A stretch of 24,920 bases of DNA from an uncultured Nitrosopumilaceae archaeon (GCA_964475825.1 CAYYXT010000014.1:1-24920); one strand, 5' to 3'. Positions 16,255-24,793 are shown, counted from the first letter of the stretch. Numbers and translations: made by a program. Notes: generated by a model from the letters alone, not told the origin.

Positions 16255-17130
16255 CTAAGATTTGTTTATTTTTTTGATGTATGCCAAAATCCCTGTATAG
16301 TCCATATCTCCAAATCCTTTTTTCACTGCCTCTTTGTATATCTCCTCGGCTTTTTTGATCATTGGTAGTTTGATCCCAAATGATTTTGCAGTATCTGTAA
16401 TAGTGCTAATGTCTTTTTTCAAATTTGCAAGAGTAAATGTTGCATCGAATTCATCTTGTATCATCTTATATGCTTTATTTTCACTCATTCCAGTTTTAAA
16501 ATAAGTTGAATTCAAAATATCTAGAAATATTTTTGGATCTACATTTGCACTTCTTACTAATGTGATTCCCTCAGAGAGCGCAAGTGCAAGCATTGTGATT
16601 TGAAGATTCATTGAAAGTTTGACTAAATGGGCTGTTCCATCTCCTCCCAAAAAAAATATCTTATTTGCTATTTTTTCAAAAATATTTTTGAATCTATCAA
16701 ATGTCTTTTTATCCCCCGATGCCATCAATACCAACTCTCCAGTAATTGCTACATTTGGCCCTCCCATAACTGGCGTATCTAATTTAATTATTTTATGATC
16801 TAGAAATTTTTTTGAAATCTTTTTTGATTCTACTGGATTTATGGTACTCATATCTGCAACTGTTAGTCCTTCATGCTTTCCTTCAATGATTCCATTTTTT
16901 CCAAATGAAACTTCTTTTACGGCATCTGCATCTTTTACAACTATGATTATTAATTCTGAATTTTCAGCTACGCTTTTTGGGGAATCTACAACTTTTGCAC
17001 CGCTATTTTTCAATTCATTGGTTTTTTCTTTTGTTCTGTTGTATACTGTCAAATCAAAACCTGATTTCAATAAATGCAAACCTACTGCATTTCCAAGCAT
17101 TCCTGTTCCAATAATCCCAATTTTTGTCAT
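16255..17130 (-). CDS. NAD(P)-dependent beta-hydroxyacid dehydrogenase (3-hydroxyisobutyrate/6-phosphogluconate dehydrogenase family), 291 aa
   Basis: IGIIGTGMLGNAVGLHL Rossmann motif, VYNRT, MGGP and a C-terminal helical domain fit the HIBADH family layout. Confidence 0.92.
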   Translation of the reverse strand: MTKIGIIGTGMLGNAVGLHLLKSGFDLTVYNRTKEKTNELKNSGAKVVDSPKSVAENSELIIIVVKDADAVKEVSFGKNGIIEGKHEGLTVADMSTINPVESKKISKKFLDHKIIKLDTPVMGGPNVAITGELVLMASGDKKTFDRFKNIFEKIANKIFFLGGDGTAHLVKLSMNLQITMLALALSEGITLVRSANVDPKIFLDILNSTYFKTGMSENKAYKMIQDEFDATFTLANLKKDISTITDTAKSFGIKLPMIKKAEEIYKEAVKKGFGDMDYTGILAYIKKINKS

Positions 17131-17157
17131 CTAACTTTTCTCCTGTTTCTATATTTT

Positions 17158-17544
17158 TTAACGACGTTCTTCATTTTTTACCTCCCATTGCCCATTTCCC
17201 AATCTTGATGCCTCGAATTCTAACTGCCCTATTGTCTTTTCATCTTTTCTGACCTTTGCATAATCAAATTTTTTCATTCGAAATACCTTTTCTTTTGGTT
17301 TGTATCCTCCCTCAACTACTTTTATCTTGAATCTTTTACTTGCTTTATTGATCATTTTTCTTGCAATCTGTACATCTCCAACCCATGAAAACATTTCAAA
17401 ATCTCCAAAATTTTTTGTAGTTATTATGTATCCGTACAATCTTGCCTCAAATTTAGATCCTTGAGTCCTGGATTGTTCATTTAGCCATGTAACTACTTCT
17501 TCCCCGTGTCCTTTTTCCACACCGAATGTTTCTGAATCTCTCAT
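17158..17544 (-). CDS. Hypothetical soluble protein (128 aa)
   Basis: Clean ATG ORF with a plausible, mixed and highly charged composition. No motif recognised. Confidence 0.55.
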   Translation of the reverse strand: MRDSETFGVEKGHGEEVVTWLNEQSRTQGSKFEARLYGYIITTKNFGDFEMFSWVGDVQIARKMINKASKRFKIKVVEGGYKPKEKVFRMKKFDYAKVRKDEKTIGQLEFEASRLGNGQWEVKNEERR

Positions 17545-17606
17545 CTATGAAAAATGATTGTTTCAAACCATAATAATCATTTTCAAATGTTTGTTAGACT
17601 AAAATA

Positions 17607-17993
17607 TTGATTCTTTCACTAAACTTCATGCTTACAATTGATTGTAGAGATGTGGCATCTATAAAGAGCGAATTGGTTGTTTATGTATCTGATCAAGTTG
17701 CCGCAATACCTACTCTGAAGATTCATGAGTTTATGTTGTCTTCATTAGATGATGAAATAATTGATAAAAACGCGGTGATAACTGCAATCAAAGAGTTCCT
17801 AGAGTCAATTGGTGAGGAGCGAAATTTTGCTGTGATTTCTAGAAATGACGTCATATCGATTAAATCCATTTCAGGAAAAATCATTGAACGAGATCCCACT
17901 CCGTCATCTGAGATGTTTTCATGTACTCATTGTGGATTTGTCACTAGATATGAAATAGAACTTCAAAATCACACGAAGATACATTATCTCTGA
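17607..17993 (+). CDS. Protein with a C-terminal canonical C2H2 zinc finger (128 aa from TTG; 121 aa from the ATG at 17628)
   Basis: The C-terminus FSCTHCGFVTRYEIELQNHTKIHYL fits C-x2-C-x12-H-x3-H exactly. The N-terminal roughly 95 aa are uncharacterised. Confidence 0.7.
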   Translation: MILSLNFMLTIDCRDVASIKSELVVYVSDQVAAIPTLKIHEFMLSSLDDEIIDKNAVITAIKEFLESIGEERNFAVISRNDVISIKSISGKIIERDPTPSSEMFSCTHCGFVTRYEIELQNHTKIHYL

Positions 17994-18099
17994 TTTTCTT
18001 GTTTATTATCTAGAAATTAATCCCTTTTAATTTCTGAAATGCCGTAAATTTTATAGTCAAAACTTATAATTCAGAAATTCGTGTCTGAACTTTTTTCAG

Positions 18100-18348
18100 A
18101 TGGCGATTTTCAACAGGATCTTTATAAGTTCTAACTATAAAAAAATACTAGTGATAAAATTATCTAAAAATAATATCACAAAGGTTTACTGTACCCGATG
18201 TGATCTGATATTTGATTCTAGAACAACATTTGAGAAACATCTAGTCAAGCATTCCTCCAATATGCTATGTGAGACCTGCCCAATTGATACAGCCATTTCC
18301 AAATTTATAAATCTCTTTAAGAGAAAATCATCTCATAATTTGGAATAA
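18100..18348 (+). CDS. Small C2H2 zinc-finger protein (82 aa)
   Basis: YCTRCDLIFDSRTTFEKHLVKH fits C-x2-C-x12-H-x3-H, including the conserved F/L hydrophobic positions. An extra C-x2-C follows (CETCP). Confidence 0.6.
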   Translation: MAIFNRIFISSNYKKILVIKLSKNNITKVYCTRCDLIFDSRTTFEKHLVKHSSNMLCETCPIDTAISKFINLFKRKSSHNLE

Positions 18349-18379
18349 GTTTTTTAAACAATTTTTCAAGACTTTACTT

Positions 18380-19042
18380 GTGAATAAAAAAAGAATCTTA
18401 ACTGGCGTCATCATATCTATAGTCATCATAAGTGCAATTGTAGTATATTCTTCATCTTCTGTTGAAACTGGAAATCTCGATGTGGGTACTCATGGAACTG
18501 TTTCTACTACAATGGGCTCATCAATTCTGGGAAACCCCTCTGCACCAATTACAATAGTGGAATTTGGCGATTATCAATGTCATCAGTGCTATAATTGGTT
18601 TCATAATACAAAACACTCTGTATTTCAAAATTATGTCGATACTGGAAAAGCTAACTTTGTCTTTGTCGATCTTGCTTTTTTGGGAAGGGATTCGCCAAAA
18701 GCAGCTCAGGCATCTTACTGTGCTGAAGATCAAGGAAAATGCTGGGAATATCATAATCAACTATACACTGCTCAGGAATCTCAAATAGATAATGGGTGGG
18801 CAAATTCTGAACGACTAACAGCATTTGCATTTGGTTTGGATCTTGATATGGAATTATTTGACAGTTGTCTTGATTCAGGAAAATACACAAAAAGAGTACA
18901 GTATAATATTGACGAAGCAAAAAAATTAGGTGCAAGTGGCACTCCTACATTTTTTATTGTAGGTCCTGATGACCAACAACAAAAACTCGTTGGCGCACAA
19001 CCATACTCTGTTTTTAAACAAGTACTGGATTCAATGATTTAG
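18380..19042 (+). CDS. DsbA-family thiol:disulfide oxidoreductase, membrane-anchored or secreted (220 aa, GTG start)
   Basis: N-terminal signal anchor. GNPSAPITIVEFGDYQCHQCYNW contains the CxxC active site in the typical DsbA/Thioredoxin_4 context. GTPTFFI is the cis-Pro loop region. Confidence 0.9.
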   Translation: MNKKRILTGVIISIVIISAIVVYSSSSVETGNLDVGTHGTVSTTMGSSILGNPSAPITIVEFGDYQCHQCYNWFHNTKHSVFQNYVDTGKANFVFVDLAFLGRDSPKAAQASYCAEDQGKCWEYHNQLYTAQESQIDNGWANSERLTAFAFGLDLDMELFDSCLDSGKYTKRVQYNIDEAKKLGASGTPTFFIVGPDDQQQKLVGAQPYSVFKQVLDSMI

Positions 19043-19043
19043 C

Positions 19044-19520
19044 ATGGTACAAACTCTAAAACTCGTATTTTCAAGTCACTTTTACATTGTTTTCGCATCT
19101 GTTATTTTTACATTCATGTTAATTGGGTTGTTAGTTATTTCAGAGTATATTTTCTTGGAGCCATACATCATTGGCCATATCCAACAAGGGACAGAATTTG
19201 GATTTGTGTTGATTGTGATTCTCTCTATATTGTCTGCCTTGGTAATTCCTATGAATGTTTACAGAATCAATATTTTGAAAAAATCCAAAGGAAAGATGAG
19301 TGGCAGTGTTTTTGGTTCATTTATTGGGGCTATTGCTGGCGCTTGTAGTTGTGGACCTATAGGCTTTACAGTGATCTCCACATTTGGTTCTGTAGGTGCC
19401 ACCGCTCTTGCGTTTCTAACAAATTTTGAACTTCCAATAAGAATTGGGGCAATTGCATTATTGGCTTTTACATACTATGCCACAGTAAAATTGCTTAAAA
19501 TCGAATGTAAGGTCAGCTAA
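19044..19520 (+). CDS. Four-TM membrane protein with an intramembrane CSCGP motif (158 aa)
   Basis: It starts 1 nt after the DsbA stop. Four hydrophobic segments are visible. Cysteines occur only at GACSCGPIG (19344..19352) in TM3 and near the C-terminus (IECKVS). It is not recognisably DsbB, VKOR or CcdA. Confidence 0.7.
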   Translation: MVQTLKLVFSSHFYIVFASVIFTFMLIGLLVISEYIFLEPYIIGHIQQGTEFGFVLIVILSILSALVIPMNVYRINILKKSKGKMSGSVFGSFIGAIAGACSCGPIGFTVISTFGSVGATALAFLTNFELPIRIGAIALLAFTYYATVKLLKIECKVS

Positions 19521-19930
19521 TAGGCATATATACAATTGAGACAAATAAGATCAAACCTAACAGAATTCCTTTGATTATTAATAATATTTATCAAATTCTA
19601 ACTAAATATCGAAGATATCATATCATAAATTACACCAAATATCTTACCTGATACGTTCTTCACTTTTACTTCTTACAAAATTTGGATTTAAGCATTATTG
19701 GTTAGAATACAACTAAGAAACAAACGAGGCCTCGATGTGCAATGGCAGTTGCTTTAATTTCAAAAATAATAATTTGTATAAAACATACACTAAAAGGGCA
19801 AATTTTTAAAACCTTGGAATCTATCTTGTAGTGAAATCAATAAAATACATGTCAATCATTTACATCCCAATTAGACCTGGTAGAAGAAATGCTGAATATG
19901 ATGAATTAGACGATACTAAAGAATGATCCC

Positions 19931-20854
19931 TTATTTTATCTGTAAAAATGAGTTTTCAGGAACGTTTAGATTCAAAAAACTCTCCGGCTGAATAATTTTT
20001 GCAAGTATCTCTAATCCTGTGACAGTTCTAATGCTTGGCTTGCTGAAATAAGAATCTGCATCTACTGCAAAAACTTTTTTGTTTTTGACAGCCCTCAGCA
20101 TATTCCATGATTTATTCTCTTTCAATATCTTGTCGTATTCTGATATTGTACGAAATGTATCAAAACCACATGGCATCATGATGATGATATCTGGATCTGA
20201 TTCTGTGATCTCTGCAATACTTAATTTTCTAGAATGCTCTCCAATTTTACTAATCATATTTTCTCCTCCTGCCTCTTTGATCATTTCAGGCACCCAATGA
20301 CCTGCTGTAAAAAACGGTTCAATCCATTCTATTGCAAGAACTTTCAGTTTTGTCTCTGATGTGAAATTTTTTACGTGTTTTATTCTTTTTTTAAGAGATT
20401 CTGTGATCTTTTTTGCTTCACTTTCCTTTTCAATAATTTTTCCAATTTTGTTTACAGACTCTATTATTTCTTGTAAATTATGTGGATCCATCGAATAGAT
20501 TATTGGCTTTTTTTGTAAAATTTGAATCGCCTTGTTAACTTGGTTGGTATGTGCTGCACATGCCTCACATGTTTCTTGAGATATTATGAGATCTGGATTT
20601 GCTTCTAAAATATTTTTTTCATGTAATACAAAAATCTCTTTTCCTTCATTTAATAATTGACAAGTTTTTGTATCAATTTCTTTGCTGGATAATTCATCTG
20701 AATTAATTACAGAACTAATCACACGTGGTTTTGTTTTTGCATTTTCAGGATATTTACATTCATGTGTGACTCCATACAACATGTCTTCTACTCCAAATTC
20801 ATATAACAATTCTGTAGCACTTGGTAAAAAAGAGACTATTCTCTTTATTGGCAT
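19931..20854 (-). CDS. Periplasmic-binding-protein fold (BtuF/FecB-like, cobalamin/siderophore class) without a signal peptide, 307 aa
   Basis: RIVSFLPSATELLYEFGVEDMLYGVTHECKYP is the typical class-III substrate-binding-protein N-terminus (THECDYP-type). DLIISQ, the FTAGHW motif and DPDIIIMMPCG are also present. There is no hydrophobic leader. Confidence 0.85.
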   Translation of the reverse strand: MPIKRIVSFLPSATELLYEFGVEDMLYGVTHECKYPENAKTKPRVISSVINSDELSSKEIDTKTCQLLNEGKEIFVLHEKNILEANPDLIISQETCEACAAHTNQVNKAIQILQKKPIIYSMDPHNLQEIIESVNKIGKIIEKESEAKKITESLKKRIKHVKNFTSETKLKVLAIEWIEPFFTAGHWVPEMIKEAGGENMISKIGEHSRKLSIAEITESDPDIIIMMPCGFDTFRTISEYDKILKENKSWNMLRAVKNKKVFAVDADSYFSKPSIRTVTGLEILAKIIQPESFLNLNVPENSFLQIK

Positions 20855-20953
20855 GTTTTATGTTTAGATTTGTTCTTTAAACGTCATACGTTAAGTTATG
20901 GTCAATTCTACTGATTAGGCAACTTAATAGGAACATTTCAGGCACAAATTTCA

Positions 20954-22111
20954 TTGTCTACTAACTCACAAGATATTCGAAGAGCCATATTGGCAAAATG
21001 GCATGAGAATTTATCAAAATATGGAAATTTGTTTTCATCTGATTCTATTAGTGGTTCTAGCCCCCCATCGGTGTTTGTAGGTTCATACAACTATCCCAAA
21101 GTATTTGTCGGACCAATGGTTCCTCCGATACACGGTGATACAAGTTTACTTGATAATCCTGAAAGATGGACAGGTAAATCTCTTGAAGAAATTGTTAATT
21201 TTAGGTTAAATCTAATTCGTGGGATTCAAAAAGTTTCAATACATCAAACAGAAGGACGTTACATAGAAAATTTACAAGAAATTACAATGTCCTCAAAACC
21301 TACTGACTCTGATTTACAATTCACTAAAACTACATCTGCAAGTGTTTCACTTGATGGGGAAAGTGCCCCATTTGGGCCAACTGGTGAAATCAAATCTGCA
21401 AAGTTTTATGGTACATCTGCAACAAAATCAATTGAAAAAACTTTCTATGATAAAGATCTAAATGCACAAGATGCTGTTTTACATCTCTATAATTCTGGCA
21501 TAGATATTTCAAAAATTCAAAAATGTTTTAGCATTGGTATGCTTGGACAAAAAAGAAAACTCGTTCCTACAAAATGGAGTATAACTGCAACCGATGACAT
21601 TATATCAAAATCCCTTACTGAAGAAATTTTGAATTATGCTTTGATTGATTCGTACAAAGTTTTCACATATGAACATCTTGGAAACTTATTCTCGGTAGTT
21701 TTGTTTCCACACAGATGGATTTATGAAATGATTGAAGCATGGTATTCTAATGGTGTTTTAGGATTTGGTTCTGATTTTGAGGATGCACGTGGAATCAATC
21801 ATCCTCCAGTAATAGCTGGTGCATATTTTGCAGCTAAATTAGGAGTAACTGAATATCTAATGAAAAATAAAATTCAATCCGGTGTGATAATCTTACGGGA
21901 AATTAGACCTGAATACGCAATTCCTGTGGGTGTTTGGCAGGTAAGAGAGGGCATTCGTTCAGCAATGAGACAAACACCGATAATTGGTGACACTTTTGAT
22001 GATGCTATTACTTTGGCGTCAAAGAAAATGAGTATTAGTAAACCTGAATGGCTTTCAAAAGGAAATATTATGAAATTAATTCGTCAGAAAACCATTGCAG
22101 ATTTTTTCTAA
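20954..22111 (+). CDS. Nre-family DNA repair protein (DUF650/DUF651), 385 aa, TTG start
   Basis: SPPSVFVGSYNYPKVFVGPMVPP...GDT...DNPERW matches the conserved N-terminal block of archaeal NreA/NreB as I recall it. Length fits. No in-frame ATG lies near the 5' end. Confidence 0.7.
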   Translation: MSTNSQDIRRAILAKWHENLSKYGNLFSSDSISGSSPPSVFVGSYNYPKVFVGPMVPPIHGDTSLLDNPERWTGKSLEEIVNFRLNLIRGIQKVSIHQTEGRYIENLQEITMSSKPTDSDLQFTKTTSASVSLDGESAPFGPTGEIKSAKFYGTSATKSIEKTFYDKDLNAQDAVLHLYNSGIDISKIQKCFSIGMLGQKRKLVPTKWSITATDDIISKSLTEEILNYALIDSYKVFTYEHLGNLFSVVLFPHRWIYEMIEAWYSNGVLGFGSDFEDARGINHPPVIAGAYFAAKLGVTEYLMKNKIQSGVIILREIRPEYAIPVGVWQVREGIRSAMRQTPIIGDTFDDAITLASKKMSISKPEWLSKGNIMKLIRQKTIADFF

Positions 22112-22214
22112 TTTATTATATGTAAAATTTGATTGTGGCTAAATTTATTATAAAATAGTTATTTTAGATCATTACATCCTGTTTCTAAAGTATATTTTGT
22201 TGCCAAAACTACTC

Positions 22215-22361
22215 ATGGATACGCTCAGATGTATTAAATGCAGTAAAATCATTCCAAAAACTGGTAACTACACAATAGTCGTGTTTTTGGTCAAAGACAA
22301 ACTATCTGATCCATACTATGAACATCTTTGTTGCCCTGAGAAATTTTCTATGATTTGTTGA
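22215..22361 (+). CDS. Possible 48-aa zinc-ribbon-like micro-protein
   Basis: Manual translation gives MDTLRCIKCSKIIPKTGNYTIVVFLVKDKLSDPYYEHLCCPEKFSMIC, with C-x2-C, then H-x-C-C, then a C-terminal Cys. It ends 44 nt upstream of the sortase-like gene and is below the track's length cutoff. Confidence 0.35.
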   Translation: MDTLRCIKCSKIIPKTGNYTIVVFLVKDKLSDPYYEHLCCPEKFSMIC

Positions 22362-22405
22362 TACGATCTTGATCTATTTATTGAGCACTTTTTAATTCAA
22401 ACATA

Positions 22406-23350
22406 ATGCAAAATAAGAACTTGATAATTGGAATTGCTATTATTGCTAGTCCAATTATTTTTGTGCTAGTTGCATTCCCTGACAGCTTCAGTTTAAGTTG
22501 GAATCAAGGAAGGGGTGGGTTTCTTTTTGCGCTTGCATTCATTATTGCTGAATTAATTGGTCTTAAAATTATAATTTCTAAAAAAAGATTGATTGCTGTA
22601 ATCCCATTGGCTATTATGGTAATTGTATATCTTATTGGATTGGAATATGGTTTAAGAGATTATCTTATAGCATCTGCTGAACAATTCAACGTACAACTAA
22701 TCTATTCTTGGACATGGATGTGGGACTTTATCGTGATGGGCCTTTTTGTAATTGTTGCACTTAGTATCTTTTTTGGTAAACGATGGATAAGAATTGCACC
22801 TGCGGGACCAATATTTCTTGGGGGTAGTGCAATTATTCTTTCATTGGATGCATTTTTCCCATATGATTCTCTTGGTCCATTACAATATGTTGTACCTTAT
22901 CTGGTGCAAACAAATGTGTGGTTAGTAAATGTGCTTGATCTTGGAACTGCTACAGCACGTGACAATATAATGTTCCTAAAGGGTGATTTTGGACCAATGG
23001 TACTTCAGGTATTTTGGCCGTCTGCCGGCGTACATAGTATAATTATCTATTCTTTGGTCATGGGCGCATTTCTATTAAAAATGAATATCCCTAGAAATAG
23101 GAAAGCTGTTTACTTTGGATTGGGAATTGCAGGCACCATTGGTGTTAATATGATTAGAATATTTTCTTTGTCTTGGTATGCTCTCAAAGTTACTACTGAT
23201 GCAAAGCAATGGGAAGAATTTCATTCTGTCGCAGGTGAGATCATGTTTTTGCCGTGGTTGTTTATCTTTTTACTGGTAGTAATTCTAATAGAAACAAAGA
23301 GACTAAAAAAATTAGAATCTGAAGGAAAATCTCTTCCTAAAAATAACTAG
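22406..23350 (+). CDS. Exosortase/archaeosortase-family membrane protein, thaumarchaeal type, lacking any cysteine (314 aa)
   Basis: About 8 TM helices. VFWPSAGVHSII sits where exosortases have the CSG nucleophile motif (Ser codon 23021..23023). GVNMIRIFSL supplies the conserved Arg (23156..23158) and FHSVAGEIMF the conserved His (23222..23224). Confidence 0.7.
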   Translation: MQNKNLIIGIAIIASPIIFVLVAFPDSFSLSWNQGRGGFLFALAFIIAELIGLKIIISKKRLIAVIPLAIMVIVYLIGLEYGLRDYLIASAEQFNVQLIYSWTWMWDFIVMGLFVIVALSIFFGKRWIRIAPAGPIFLGGSAIILSLDAFFPYDSLGPLQYVVPYLVQTNVWLVNVLDLGTATARDNIMFLKGDFGPMVLQVFWPSAGVHSIIIYSLVMGAFLLKMNIPRNRKAVYFGLGIAGTIGVNMIRIFSLSWYALKVTTDAKQWEEFHSVAGEIMFLPWLFIFLLVVILIETKRLKKLESEGKSLPKNN

Positions 23351-24431
23351 TGATATTACTTTGACCACGAATTTCTGAAAGTTCTGAAACTTTTACCCCT
23401 AATCTTCTAACTGTGTTTTTTTGGTCTTCTAACGCTTCTTTTAATAACTGCGCTGCATTTTTTTGTAATTCTTCCAGACTCGATGTAGGATTTTTTAACA
23501 TTCTTGATTTTGTTTTGTTTGTTAAATCTGATTGAATAAATTGTATTCCTATTGATTTGAACATTCTGTTGTTTTTTTGAATTACTTTGTATAGTTCTAT
23601 ACATAACTCACTAAGATTTTCTGCCAAAAAATCATAATCTCTTGAATCTTTTTTTAGAGTAGCAAGTTTACTATATTGAATGCTTGCCTCTCTTTCTTTT
23701 ACGGGTTCATTATCAATTCCTCGAGCTGCATTGAATATGTAAGTCCCATGTTTTCTCCCAAATTCTTTATTCAAAGTAAACACATCTAATTTTTTAAGAT
23801 CTTTAATTGTTTCAAGATTCATCTGTGTAAATTGTTCTTCTGTTTTCTTTCCAATGCCTGGTATTGCTCGGATCTTTAATTGTTCTAAAAATTCTTCAAC
23901 TTTTTCCGGTGACACCACTGTTAATCCGTCTGGCTTTCTGAAATCTGATGCAATTTTTGCAATCAATTTATTTGATGAAACTCCTATGGAACAACTAAGT
24001 TTTACTTTATCTCTGATGGAGTTTTTAATTTGTTGCGCCAAATGACTCGCCTTATCAAAATTTCCTTCCACTCTATCTGTTACATCCAAATATGCTTCAT
24101 CTTTTCCTACACGTTCAAAAATATCTGCACTTTCTTTCATAATGTTCATAGCTTTCTCAGAAATTTCCAAGTAATAATCAAAATCAACTGGAAGAAAAAT
24201 GGCATCTATTCTTTCTTCTAATCTTTTTTTTGCAAAACTAATTGGCATTCCTGATTTCACCCCAAACTTTCTAGCTATGTAATTTGCAGTTGCAATTGCG
24301 CCACTGTCTCCACCTCTGTCTGAAAAAACACAAACACATACTGGTTTTGATTTTAGATCAGGAGTCCGTATCTCCTCACACTGAGCAAAGAAATAATCAA
24401 AATCTACGTGGAAAACTACTCTAGCTCCCAA
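23337..24431 (-). CDS. dinB: Y-family DNA polymerase IV (DinB/Dbh/Dpo4), 364 aa
   Basis: VVFHVDFDYFFAQCEE (catalytic Asp motif), SIGVSSNKLIAKIASD, IPGIGKKT (HhH) and a little-finger C-terminal domain. Its 3' end overlaps the sortase-like gene by 14 nt, convergent. Confidence 0.95.
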   Translation of the reverse strand: MGARVVFHVDFDYFFAQCEEIRTPDLKSKPVCVCVFSDRGGDSGAIATANYIARKFGVKSGMPISFAKKRLEERIDAIFLPVDFDYYLEISEKAMNIMKESADIFERVGKDEAYLDVTDRVEGNFDKASHLAQQIKNSIRDKVKLSCSIGVSSNKLIAKIASDFRKPDGLTVVSPEKVEEFLEQLKIRAIPGIGKKTEEQFTQMNLETIKDLKKLDVFTLNKEFGRKHGTYIFNAARGIDNEPVKEREASIQYSKLATLKKDSRDYDFLAENLSELCIELYKVIQKNNRMFKSIGIQFIQSDLTNKTKSRMLKNPTSSLEELQKNAAQLLKEALEDQKNTVRRLGVKVSELSEIRGQSNITSYF

Positions 24432-24482
24432 TACTTTGAATCATCTCTCTGATTATTACTATATTGTGTATTCATCTAAATA

Positions 24483-24752
24483 TTGAGTATTTTTAATAAT
24501 AATATGGCTTATCCTGTATCTTCTGATGATAACGGTATCAACATAAAGCCAGAACTAATGGAAAAAGAAAAACTCTACCATTATGTGTTTAAGAACAAAG
24601 TTCTTCTGCTGTTCAAAGATTCACAAGATTTCCTAAATTGCTATGAAATTGAAGAAGAAGATCTAGTAAATCAAGTAAAGAACAGCAAAAACGATGATGA
24701 AGTTGAAAAAATCTTTGAAGAATACATACAACGTGAGGACCTCAAAAATTAA
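24483..24752 (+). CDS. Hypothetical acidic protein (89 aa from TTG; 82 aa from the ATG at 24504)
   Basis: ORF with plausible composition and an acidic C-terminal half. No motif recognised. Confidence 0.45.
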   Translation: MSIFNNNMAYPVSSDDNGINIKPELMEKEKLYHYVFKNKVLLLFKDSQDFLNCYEIEEEDLVNQVKNSKNDDEVEKIFEEYIQREDLKN

Positions 24753-24793
24753 ATAAAAGTCAATGAATCTTTTGTTGTTAAAGGAATAATAAA

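Noticed and set aside
13367-17134. Antisense or overlapping ORFs against the GGR, small zinc-finger (14423..14650), DUF99, SDR and HIBADH genes (13367..13591, 13946..14146, 14391..14591, 14746..15012, 15399..15734, 16162..16368, 16841..17134)
   Set aside because: They are shadow frames of well-supported genes.
20855-20953. A cobalamin riboswitch upstream of the BtuF-like gene
   Set aside because: The 99-nt divergent spacer is too short and too AT-rich for a B12 element. No conserved B12-box-like sequence was seen.
18521-24221. Alternative-frame and antisense ORFs. These lie within the DsbA gene (18521..18760, 18564..18788, 18651..18935), the BtuF-like gene (20079..20300, 20682..20867) and the DinB gene (23407..23604, 23854..24045, 24030..24221).
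   Set aside because: They are shadow frames of well-supported genes.
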